DNA from: Oscillospiraceae bacterium
Lineage (GTDB): Bacteria; Bacillota; Clostridia; UBA1381; UBA9506
Assembly: GCA_015068555.1 (NCBI GenBank)
Contig: SVKI01000001.1
Location: 21,093-85,092, forward strand
DNA length: 64,000 nucleotides
Reading direction: 5' to 3'
Both the position numbers and the translations under genes were made by a program. Below are positions 1-8,840 of the stretch, piece by piece. Positions within the stretch are counted from its first letter, which is position 1, and every line of letters begins with the position of its first letter. The notes under the pieces are model-generated. The model was given only the letters and a program-made list of their open reading frames with translations. It was not told the DNA's origin and did not search any database.

Positions 1-3000
1 AGCATCATGTAGTTAAGTTTCCACTTATACCCTTGCTTTGTAGATATTTTGAGACGAATATTCCCATCCTTTTCATTGACAAGTGGTAAGACTTTACACT
101 GAAATTTGCCAGCAGGAAGCAGTTCACCTTCTGTTTTTCTGCCGTTTACGACTTCAAGCGTCGTCACGCTTGCAGAATTACTGTCACCGGAGACAACAAA
201 GAGTTCATATTGTCCACGCGGGGCGTCGATAAGAAATTCTACTTCCTCTGTGCCTTCAGCAAAATCCTGACGGAGTATATCCGGACCACCCGGCGCTGCA
301 ATTTGAACAGAATCATTGTTGTTAAAGCCAAAGCCCTGATAGATGGAAAACGGAGGGGTTTCGCTTCCAATTTGCACGAAGGGAAGGGCTATATGCGTAC
401 GTTCCTCGGCAGAGAAGGTGTGGCGCGTCATGCAGGTTTCGTAGGGCTTTTCTGCTTTATTTGTGAAGTCGAATTTATATACCGTATGGTTTTCCATGCG
501 AACATTGCCCACATACCAGTCGCGGATGAAACCGTCAACAGCTTTTTGATAGACTGATTCCGGGTTTTCGCCCAGGAAGATATGACGTTTCAGATAAGAT
601 TCTCTTGATAAAACTTCCGGGTGATAGGTTTGCAATTCATTGTTCTGAACCACGTGTTGTGCTTGGTTGGAAATCACATAAGTGGTGCCGGGTTCTGTTT
701 CAAAGGAGATGAGAGTCCCTTCGTGTTTGATAGGAATAGCGACCTTTTCTGCGTATACCTGATATTCGGCAGTCAGGTACGGAGAGGTGATGCGGATGGT
801 GCCGCCTTTTTGGCTTTCCACCTTGATATAATCAAGTTTACCTTCGGTTAATGAAGCTGAGATAAGGAAAGCACCTTTTGCAAGCAGGCTTTCGAAGTGG
901 AGTGTTGTCCAGGCTTTGTACGTTGTAAAACGGTCATCAAATTCGTTGATGGGGTAGCCATGACGTTGTAAGCGGCCGTATTCCATATCGCCGTCAGGCA
1001 GAGCGGGGAAAACGCGGACAATGCCGTTGTGTGATTGCAGAAGCATTTCGTTGACTGCGGCCAGCATTTCGCCCGTGTATTCCATCATGCAGGGATAGTA
1101 CAGGGGTTGGCGGGGGACTAAGCAGTGGTTTATGAAACGTTCAGTTTCTTCGGCTGTTAAGCCGTTGGTGCGGAGCATGTGGTCGATGCCGCGCTCATAT
1201 AAGAGGCGCAGAGCGGTTTGCCCGCGGCCCAGACGGGCGGCAGCGGCTGCTATCCAGCTGCTTTGGAAGACACCGAGCTCTGTTCTTTCATCTAAGAAAT
1301 CGATGCTGTTTGACCAGTATGCAACCCACTCGGGAGAGCTTTCTAAGTCGAATTCACCAATAGGGAAGAGCGGCATCAACAGGCTTGGATGACGAATCCA
1401 CATATTATCCGGTGCATCGGCAGAATCTTTGACATGTTTGCCGAATGTTCCCTCATTCGAGATGGGATAGGGGGCAAGATGTTCCATCATATGACGGTAT
1501 TCTGCTTCGCGCTTGAGGTCGATTTTTAATATTTCTGCGGATTTAAGGGTAAATTGCAATAAATATTTCACGCAGGCAACTGTGATAACAGTGTCATGCG
1601 CAAAGGGGCCTTGCTCCGGCGAAACATCCGGGAAAATGCTGTAATAGCCCTTTTCTTCATCGAAGTGAAAGACCTGCAAATAGTAGTCGCACAGTTTAAC
1701 AAAGAGGGGAAAGGCCTCGTTTTTCAGGTAGGCTTTGTCGAGACTGTATTCATACAGGAACCAAAGATATTGTGCGCACCAAGCCCACTGGCTATAGTAA
1801 CAACAATGGGGATAATCACCAGCAAGACCGGTTATGGCGTGGACATCATAGGCAAATTTTTCGGCCAGCTTTTCGTAAGAACGCAACCCGTCGGAAAAGA
1901 CCTTTGCCAAATCGAGACGATTGCTGGAAAATACACCCGCAAAGGCCGCCTGGATGTTGACATCCCAATACCACATACTGCCCCAAAGGTTGGGATGTTT
2001 TATATCCCAAAGACCATTTAAGCCGCAGGCGTGGTGTTTCATGACACCGTCCTTACCACTGCTGCAATCTAAGGCATATTGGTTGATATAATACACGTTT
2101 TCTAAGAATGTATCGGGAATAGAAATGGAAGAACGGGAGAAAAACTTGTTCCAATACGATTTGTGTTCTTCATATAAGGTGGAGACAGAAGAAGCAAATT
2201 CTTCGATTTTTGCTACGCCTTCTTCCTGCGTGTTCTGATAGTTCCAATCAGAGAAAACGCCGGTGAGTATATACACCTCGTTTTGCGCAGACTTCAGGTT
2301 GACGGTGGCGCTGTACTCATTTTCGACAAGCGTTCCGGCAGCACCGATCAGTTTTACAACGCCGGAGAAGGTGAAGGCGGATTCTGCATCAAAGTGGCGC
2401 GTGACGGTGTAGGTAAAGGTATTTTCGTTTATTTGTCTATAAGCAACTTGCGGATACTTTAAGTCACGTTGGGGTGAGAGACCGATTTCAATGGAGGTCA
2501 ATAATCCCGGTGTGGTTTGCTTAACATGAGAAATGATGCAATCCTTCCGGGCAACAATGGTGCTCAGCGAAAGTGCGTGTTCGTCATGGGAAAGCGTGAG
2601 CCTTGTTTTGGCATCTTCGATATAGAGAATTAGTTTTTGCTCATCACTTGTCACGGAATCGCTGAAAGCAAAGGAAAGCTCGCCGGTGGGAGGATAACTG
2701 CCTGAGAACCGGTCAATCTTAATCAGGCTTTTATCAAAAGCTTTTTCTCTTTTAAAATCGTAGTTACAAAAAAGCTCCCCTTCCTTAGGGAGGTTTCCAA
2801 TTGCCTGTGCTTTAAATCGGCCGAAACGACCACCGGGATCGGGGACAGGCTGATAGATTTTGAGTAAATTCTCCGGTGTGACATGTTTTGCAATGTTATA
2901 ATATATCTCATAGTGATTCATGGGCATGTGAAGCTGTTCATCTTCGTAATAGAGCATGGCGCCGAAACAACCATTGCCTAAAGGAAGGGCATTATCCCAA

Positions 3001-3038
3001 TGATTATCACAATTTTCAAAGAGAATTGAGTGTTTCAA
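1..3038 (-). CDS. GH95-like (alpha/alpha)6 glycoside hydrolase (putative alpha-L-fucosidase family), cytoplasmic; C-terminus lies beyond the window edge
   Basis: I translated the minus strand by hand from a TTG at 3038 (RBS AAAGGAG 9 nt upstream) and found no stop down to position 1. The N-terminus reads HWDNALPLGNGCFGAML, resembling the GH95 N-domain motif. Further on are WYWDVNIQAAF and LLQSHNGIVRVFPALPD, then a C-terminal beta-sandwich-like tail. No signal peptide. It is missing from the ORF track only because no stop codon falls inside the window. Confidence 0.7.
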   Translation of the reverse strand, partial: MKHSILFENCDNHWDNALPLGNGCFGAMLYYEDEQLHMPMNHYEIYYNIAKHVTPENLLKIYQPVPDPGGRFGRFKAQAIGNLPKEGELFCNYDFKREKAFDKSLIKIDRFSGSYPPTGELSFAFSDSVTSDEQKLILYIEDAKTRLTLSHDEHALSLSTIVARKDCIISHVKQTTPGLLTSIEIGLSPQRDLKYPQVAYRQINENTFTYTVTRHFDAESAFTFSGVVKLIGAAGTLVENEYSATVNLKSAQNEVYILTGVFSDWNYQNTQEEGVAKIEEFASSVSTLYEEHKSYWNKFFSRSSISIPDTFLENVYYINQYALDCSSGKDGVMKHHACGLNGLWDIKHPNLWGSMWYWDVNIQAAFAGVFSSNRLDLAKVFSDGLRSYEKLAEKFAYDVHAITGLAGDYPHCCYYSQWAWCAQYLWFLYEYSLDKAYLKNEAFPLFVKLCDYYLQVFHFDEEKGYYSIFPDVSPEQGPFAHDTVITVACVKYLLQFTLKSAEILKIDLKREAEYRHMMEHLAPYPISNEGTFGKHVKDSADAPDNMWIRHPSLLMPLFPIGEFDLESSPEWVAYWSNSIDFLDERTELGVFQSSWIAAAAARLGRGQTALRLLYERGIDHMLRTNGLTAEETERFINHCLVPRQPLYYPCMMEYTGEMLAAVNEMLLQSHNGIVRVFPALPDGDMEYGRLQRHGYPINEFDDRFTTYKAWTTLHFESLLAKGAFLISASLTEGKLDYIKVESQKGGTIRITSPYLTAEYQVYAEKVAIPIKHEGTLISFETEPGTTYVISNQAQHVVQNNELQTYHPEVLSRESYLKRHIFLGENPESVYQKAVDGFIRDWYVGNVRMENHTVYKFDFTNKAEKPYETCMTRHTFSAEERTHIALPFVQIGSETPPFSIYQGFGFNNNDSVQIAAPGGPDILRQDFAEGTEEVEFLIDAPRGQYELFVVSGDSNSASVTTLEVVNGRKTEGELLPAGKFQCKVLPLVNEKDGNIRLKISTKQGYKWKLNYMM

Positions 3039-3126
3039 AATGCATATCTCCTTTACATGAATTTTTGCTATCAGTATATCATAAACCGCTAAGAAAGGGA
3101 AATGGATTTTGAGGGGAATATGAAAA

Positions 3127-3226
3127 AAAGCATTTTGGTTATAAAACTTGTATACTCCGTACAAAAAAAGACAAAGAAAGCGCATTTTTGTTATATAAAA
3201 ATTATCGAAAAAGCATTTTAGTTATA
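3127..3226. promoter_or_regulatory. Three direct copies of AAAGC(G)CATTTTnGTTATA in the divergent GH95 / AraC-hybrid intergenic region (candidate operator array)
   Basis: Copies are at 3127-3143 (AAAGCATTTTGGTTATA), 3177-3195 (AAAGCGCATTTTTGTTATA) and 3210-3226 (AAAGCATTTTAGTTATA). A fourth related copy, AAAGCATTTTTGTGGTAT, lies at 17062-17079 upstream of the first 520-aa paralog. Confidence 0.4.
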
Positions 3227-3271
3227 TACGAGAGAGGATTTTTCTTGTATGATATAGTTAGAGGTGAAAGT

Positions 3272-4933
3272 ATGCTTATTACAGATAAAGAAAAATTACA
3301 ACAATATACAACGGAGCACAGAGTCTGGCAGGGAATTCCCAGCATAGAAGTGACGAAAAAGGGACGTTTATTTGCCACCTTTTATTCCGGCGGTATCAAA
3401 GAAGATATAGGTAATTTTGTTATACTGGTTAAGTCAGACGATGGTGACACCTTTTCAGAGCCCATTTTGGTTGCTCATAAAGAAGATTACAGATGTTTTG
3501 ACCCCTGCGTTTGGATGGATCCTTTAGGCAGATTATGGCTGACCTGGTCTATGATTCCTGACCACGGTACTTATGCGACAATCTGTGATGACCCTGATGC
3601 TGAAGAACTATCCTTTGGTGAGGTTTTCTTTGTGGGTCATGATGTGATGATGAATAAGCCGACTGTGCTTTCAACAGGCGAATGGTTGTTTCCAATTGCT
3701 GTGTGGAATGACGGTGTGCGTGTTTTGACAAAAGAGTATGATTCGAAAGAGAAAGATAAGAAGTCATTTGTTTATAAAACCGTTGATAATGGCAGAACCT
3801 TTGAAAAATTAGGCGGTGCCGATGTTAAAGAGCGTTCTTACGATGAGCATATGGTTTTGGAACTGGCTGACGGAAGACTGGCTATGTATGTCCGCACCTA
3901 TTATGGTATTGGCGTTTCGTATTCCTTTGATAGGGGTAAAACCTGGACAGACGGAAGAGACAGCGGACTGGGAGGACCTTCTTCACGTTTCTTTATCAGA
4001 CGGCTTCCTTCCGGAAGAATTCTTTTGATTGGTCATGATGACACAAAAGAAAGAAACAATCTGACGGCTTATCTTTCAGAAGACGAGGGCAAAACTTGGC
4101 CTTATAAAATTCTTTTGGATGAACGCATGAAGGTTGCATATCCGGATGCCACAGTGGATGAAGATGGATATATTCATATTACCTATGACCGCGAGCGAGG
4201 TGATTCGCTTAAATCGTTGGATGAGGCATATTCCAAGGCGCGCGAAATACTATATGCCCGCATTACGGAAGATGATATTATAGCGGGTAGACCTCATAGT
4301 GAGAAAAGCATGCTGAAGGGGATTATCTCAAAGCTCGGCAAATATTCAGAGGAGAAGGAGAATCCCTTCCACGAGTTTGAACGGTTTACGGATGCAGAGC
4401 TTGCAGAGCACTTATTGCAAAGTCATCCGGAACACCTTGTTGAAAAGATTTTTGGCTATTATCCCATTAACTGTGTGAATATGCATCAGCTGGAAGCAAC
4501 GCGCTTTGACGAACTGGTTGAAGCTTTGGACAGAGACCGGGGAGACAAACTGAAGATTGTGACAGAGCTTGTCACGATTGTCCGTTCGGTTTCAGAATTT
4601 AAAATTGACAAATTCCCTGTTGTGGAAACGGTGAAGCAGATTATTATGGCCAATAAAGATAAGGATTTATCTGTGACAGAGATTGCGGAAAAAGCCGGCA
4701 TCAGTAAACATTATATGATGCATTTGTTTAAAAAAGTAACAGGCACCACGCTAACGGAATACAAAAACGCGCTGAAAATTGCCTGTGCAAAAAAACTGCT
4801 GATCAGCAGTTCAAAGTCTATGGCGGCCATTTCGCAGGAATGCGGTTTCGGCAGTTCCAGTTATTTTTCTAAGGTGTTTTTGCAAAGTGAAAAAATTTCA
4901 CCTTCTGAATACAGAAGGTTGTTGCAAAAGTGA
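3272..4933 (+). CDS. Hybrid transcriptional regulator: N-terminal Asp-box (BNR/sialidase-like) beta-propeller fused to a C-terminal AraC/XylS HTH domain
   Basis: ATG at 3272 follows the RBS AGAGGTGAAAG; the track start at 3188 is an upstream TTG. Asp-boxes are SDDGDTFS, VDNGRTFE, SFDRGKTWT and SEDEGKTWP. The C-terminus has the AraC double HTH (LSVTEIAEKAGISKHYMMHLFKK ... ISQECGFGSSSYFSKVFLQ). No signal peptide or TM segment. Confidence 0.8.
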   Translation: MLITDKEKLQQYTTEHRVWQGIPSIEVTKKGRLFATFYSGGIKEDIGNFVILVKSDDGDTFSEPILVAHKEDYRCFDPCVWMDPLGRLWLTWSMIPDHGTYATICDDPDAEELSFGEVFFVGHDVMMNKPTVLSTGEWLFPIAVWNDGVRVLTKEYDSKEKDKKSFVYKTVDNGRTFEKLGGADVKERSYDEHMVLELADGRLAMYVRTYYGIGVSYSFDRGKTWTDGRDSGLGGPSSRFFIRRLPSGRILLIGHDDTKERNNLTAYLSEDEGKTWPYKILLDERMKVAYPDATVDEDGYIHITYDRERGDSLKSLDEAYSKAREILYARITEDDIIAGRPHSEKSMLKGIISKLGKYSEEKENPFHEFERFTDAELAEHLLQSHPEHLVEKIFGYYPINCVNMHQLEATRFDELVEALDRDRGDKLKIVTELVTIVRSVSEFKIDKFPVVETVKQIIMANKDKDLSVTEIAEKAGISKHYMMHLFKKVTGTTLTEYKNALKIACAKKLLISSSKSMAAISQECGFGSSSYFSKVFLQSEKISPSEYRRLLQK

Positions 4934-4967
4934 ATTATATAGCGAATTATAAAAGGGAGGAAACATA

Positions 4968-7900
4968 ATGAAAAAGCGAATTTTAGGTTTACTGCTAACG
5001 CTACTTATGATTCTTTCGCTGGTTCCGGTTGGGACAGGCGCGGCAGAAGATGCATGGATGAGCTTTTATGTGAGCCCAACAGGTAGTGACAGCGCTTCCG
5101 GTACACAATCAGCGCCGTTTAAAACGCTTGCTCGTGCGCAGGAAGAAGTTAGAAAGCACAACAAAAATATGCAGGGAGACATTGTTGTTAACCTGATGCC
5201 TGGTCGCTATGAAACGATGAAGCATCTGGTGTTCACCGTTGAAGATTCGGCCACAAACGGTTTTGAAATTATCTGGCAGGGCACAGACAAAAACAACCTT
5301 CCCACAGTTTCCGGCGGTAAGGAAGTGATCGGAACATGGACCGAGGGTGAAAACGGCATCTGGCAGGTTAAGGCTGAGAACTTTGACTTTGTGCGTGAAA
5401 TGTTTGTAAACGACAGGGTTGCCACCCGTGCCCGTTCTGCCAAAAAGGTTTGGGGTACCGGTCTTTACACCGAAGCGGCAAAGTGGATCCACCCGCATTT
5501 TGGTGAGCAGAGCACAAACTATTTAGGCTACTGCTTTGACAAAACCAAGATGGGTCTTTACGAGAACCCGGAGGATGTGGAATTGCATGCTATCATGAAG
5601 TTCAGAACGGCGCTCCTTCGAGTGGATGACATTGTGCAGCATCCTGATCATGAAAATCAGGTTGTTGTTATGATTGACAAGCAGATGTTCAACGAATATA
5701 ACGTTGGCATGAGTAGTGGTGTGCAGGTGAACTACAACCACGCCTTTGTTGTGGAAAATGCCTTTGAGCTTTTGGACGAGCCGGGCGAGTTCTATTTTAA
5801 TAAGAAGACAAAGGTGCTTTATTACATTCCCCGTGAGGGTGAAAACTTAAACAATGCTGAGGTTATTATTCCTGTGAATGAACAGCTTGTGTTTGTTTCG
5901 GGTAACAATGAAAAGGATCTGGTAAAGGGTATCACCTTCCAGAATATCCGTTTTGCTCACGCTACTAACTACGAGCTTGAGGATAACTCCATCACCGGCG
6001 GTCAGGCAGAATATCACTACAGTACATATACGCCATATAGGACCGGTCGTGCAGCGATTTTGTTAGATTGGGCTGACAATGTGAACATCGAGTCATGCGT
6101 GCTTTTTGGCCTCACAGGCAAGGGAATTCACATAAGAAACGGCGTGTTTAACAGCCGCTATGACGGCAACGTGTTTGCAGACCTTGGTTCTGACGGCGTT
6201 GACGTGAGTGTTTCAAACCACGATGATGACATTTACACCGTGGATTATGAAGGCCCCTATGATGTGGCGTGGCATGCGCCTTGGGCATCTTCTTACCATT
6301 ACTGGCCGGCTAGTGCCTATAACTATGGCGCACTTAACACCCAGCGCCAAAGACAGGAAGATATGGCTAAGGGCAGCGGTTGGTATTCAAACCCGTTGGG
6401 TAGCGATTCTCCTGAATGGGTGATGCTGGAGCTTGAGAGAGAATATGATTTGGAAAGCTTTGAGTTTTCCTTCCCGAAAACTGCCACAAGCGAGCAGAGA
6501 AGCAACTTTGAAGTGCAGATTTCAAATGACAGAAAGTTTGGCGATTATAAAACCATTGCGACATTTACTGAGCCGGCAGAATTAACAGAAAAAATTGCTG
6601 TTGACGGCACAGAAAGATATCGCTACATCCGACTGATTAAGACGGATAACGGTCCCTTCTGCTTAAACGCGGTTTGGGCATGGTCGAACGAGGGCGCTCC
6701 CAGCGGTTCGATGGCACCGAGAGAGCTTTCAATCTCTAATAACTATTTCACTCGTGTATCTCAGCATAAGCAGGGCTCTTACCCCATTATGCTGAACTAT
6801 GGTAACAACATTGATGTGCTTCATAACCACATTGAGGATGCTCCTTATGCGGGCATCACCGTTGGTTGGGGTTGGTATTCACCCAACTCGAGCTGTTATG
6901 ACAACAACATCAGCAAAAACAAGATTGAAGACGTTATGCAATATATGGATGACGGTGCCGGCATCTACATCTTGGGTCCTCAGCCAGGCACGAAGGTTGA
7001 AGAAAACCTCATCCGCAACACAGTGCATGATGGTATGGCACTATATTTTGACCAAGGTACAACCGGCGTTACAGCAAACGGCAACGTATCCTACGGTACA
7101 AAAACCTGGATGAATATGAACATCAGAAATAACTATGGTGCGGCAACTTGTCTGGATAACGAGGTTATGAATGCCTACACTGGTGATAATGTGAAGTTTA
7201 ACCTGATGGGTGTTGATGCGACTGACCAGCTAACCAAAGATGGTATGGTAACACTTTCTCATGTCGGTTTGGGTAGCCTGACCCTTTACATGGATGTTCC
7301 CACACAGTTTAACATCACCAATCCGCCGGACGAAGTGGCACGCATCATGGCAGAATCCGGCCTTGAAGAAAATTGGGAATGGATTATGGAGCGTGTACCC
7401 GAAGAGGACGTACAGCGCACCATTCTCTACGGTGAAGATTCTTCCGATGCAAGACAGTTGCTTTCTGCAGGACTTACCGCAAATCTGCGTATTGAAGCAG
7501 ATGTTGATATTGCAAAGAGTATGCTGGCAAATGGCAGCTTCGGTAATCTGCCCTGGCAGTACGACCCGGCAACCAAGGTGGAAATGGAATATTGGATTGC
7601 ATCAACAGAGTATGCCGATGACAGAGCAGATGACAGCACGAAGATTCATCTTGAGGAGCAATACAACCTGCAGAGAGCCATTCGTGCAGCAAATGATTCT
7701 GTTTATCATCCTTCTTTTGATGAGATGCTCACCATGTGTGAAGATTTGGCGAAAGACACAGCTAATTATACGGCGACAGATATTGCGGCCTTTAACAAAA
7801 AGGTTGCTGAAATCCGCGCAACCAATCCCGAAACGAAGGGTGAAAAGGGCGTAGCCGCTAACCAATTGCGTGTAGCTTATATGGATTTATATTCTAAAAC

Positions 7901-8690
7901 TAAGAACCCTGAAGTGATGGCAGTTGTTGTGCGTGGCGGCAAGAGCGAAGTTGATGCCGCTAACAAGAAGGTTACGGTAACTCTTCCTTATGACATGGAT
8001 TATTCTGAAATTGGTGCACCTTTTGTGGCTGTAACACCCGGCAGCAAGTTGGCTGTTGATTCTAAAGAGATTAATTTTGCAAAAGGTAAGGGAATTCTTC
8101 CTATATATAATGAAGCACACAGAACATATAGCTTTTGGAACGTGGAATTTGTTCATGGAGACAAAGAAGGAACGACCGGAGCTATTGATATCGCTCCGGA
8201 GAACTGGACAACGGGCAATATGAACGTGCAGAAAACAATTATTGATGGTGCGCTCACCATTGAGCCCTGGTATCAGCCGACCATGAACAAGGTTTTGACG
8301 GCAAATGAGATTTCGTTTGCACTTAATGTGCCCCGTGCGGATACATTAGATGGCATTGGCATGATTTTTGGTGCACAGACGACAGATTTGGTTTATAACG
8401 GATTTGAAAGCAAGAATACGTACTACATGCTGAAGCTGGTTGACCAGAATCTGACACTTTACAAGGTGAAAGATGGCGTAGCAACAGCCTGCATGACAGC
8501 AGAAGATATCTACTTTAACTATGGCGAGTTCAATCCCTTCACCATTACGGTGACAGAAGAGCACGATTTAAACCGTGTGACGGTGAAAATTGAAAATGAT
8601 GTGATTTTAGATACCCTGGTGGATGAACCAATCAGCAAGACTGGATATTTTGGTATTCTGTCGAAGCACATGGCAGTTAAAGTAAAATAA
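4968..8690 (+). CDS. Secreted right-handed parallel beta-helix protein (polysaccharide hydrolase/lyase-like) with an inserted discoidin (F5/8 type C)-like module
   Basis: RBS AAGGGAGG. Signal peptide MKKRILGLLLTLLMILSLVPVGTGAAED. FYVSPTGSDSASGTQSAPFKTL is the N-terminal cap typical of beta-helix enzymes. Repeated NN-I/V-GxxI turns are present (NNISKNKIED...GAGIYILG...NLIRNTV). The central segment WVMLELEREYDLESFEFSF...YRYIRLIKT looks discoidin-like. Confidence 0.65.
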   Translation: MKKRILGLLLTLLMILSLVPVGTGAAEDAWMSFYVSPTGSDSASGTQSAPFKTLARAQEEVRKHNKNMQGDIVVNLMPGRYETMKHLVFTVEDSATNGFEIIWQGTDKNNLPTVSGGKEVIGTWTEGENGIWQVKAENFDFVREMFVNDRVATRARSAKKVWGTGLYTEAAKWIHPHFGEQSTNYLGYCFDKTKMGLYENPEDVELHAIMKFRTALLRVDDIVQHPDHENQVVVMIDKQMFNEYNVGMSSGVQVNYNHAFVVENAFELLDEPGEFYFNKKTKVLYYIPREGENLNNAEVIIPVNEQLVFVSGNNEKDLVKGITFQNIRFAHATNYELEDNSITGGQAEYHYSTYTPYRTGRAAILLDWADNVNIESCVLFGLTGKGIHIRNGVFNSRYDGNVFADLGSDGVDVSVSNHDDDIYTVDYEGPYDVAWHAPWASSYHYWPASAYNYGALNTQRQRQEDMAKGSGWYSNPLGSDSPEWVMLELEREYDLESFEFSFPKTATSEQRSNFEVQISNDRKFGDYKTIATFTEPAELTEKIAVDGTERYRYIRLIKTDNGPFCLNAVWAWSNEGAPSGSMAPRELSISNNYFTRVSQHKQGSYPIMLNYGNNIDVLHNHIEDAPYAGITVGWGWYSPNSSCYDNNISKNKIEDVMQYMDDGAGIYILGPQPGTKVEENLIRNTVHDGMALYFDQGTTGVTANGNVSYGTKTWMNMNIRNNYGAATCLDNEVMNAYTGDNVKFNLMGVDATDQLTKDGMVTLSHVGLGSLTLYMDVPTQFNITNPPDEVARIMAESGLEENWEWIMERVPEEDVQRTILYGEDSSDARQLLSAGLTANLRIEADVDIAKSMLANGSFGNLPWQYDPATKVEMEYWIASTEYADDRADDSTKIHLEEQYNLQRAIRAANDSVYHPSFDEMLTMCEDLAKDTANYTATDIAAFNKKVAEIRATNPETKGEKGVAANQLRVAYMDLYSKTKNPEVMAVVVRGGKSEVDAANKKVTVTLPYDMDYSEIGAPFVAVTPGSKLAVDSKEINFAKGKGILPIYNEAHRTYSFWNVEFVHGDKEGTTGAIDIAPENWTTGNMNVQKTIIDGALTIEPWYQPTMNKVLTANEISFALNVPRADTLDGIGMIFGAQTTDLVYNGFESKNTYYMLKLVDQNLTLYKVKDGVATACMTAEDIYFNYGEFNPFTITVTEEHDLNRVTVKIENDVILDTLVDEPISKTGYFGILSKHMAVKVK

Positions 8691-8718
8691 AAAGGCACTT
8701 GTCTCATGTGCCTTTTGG
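8691..8718 (+). terminator. Intrinsic terminator-like hairpin after the beta-helix gene
   Basis: AAAGGCAC-ttgtctcat-GTGCCTTTT begins immediately after the TAA at 8688-8690. Confidence 0.55.
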
Positions 8719-8840
8719 GTAACAAGGGATGTTAGCCAGGGGGAGAAGAAAGAGCATACTTCGATTTTCTCCTCTTGGCGCACCCTTCGTCACAAGCACA
8801 GGAGACAGTATAATAGATTCCTTTGAGAAAGGAGATTTTA

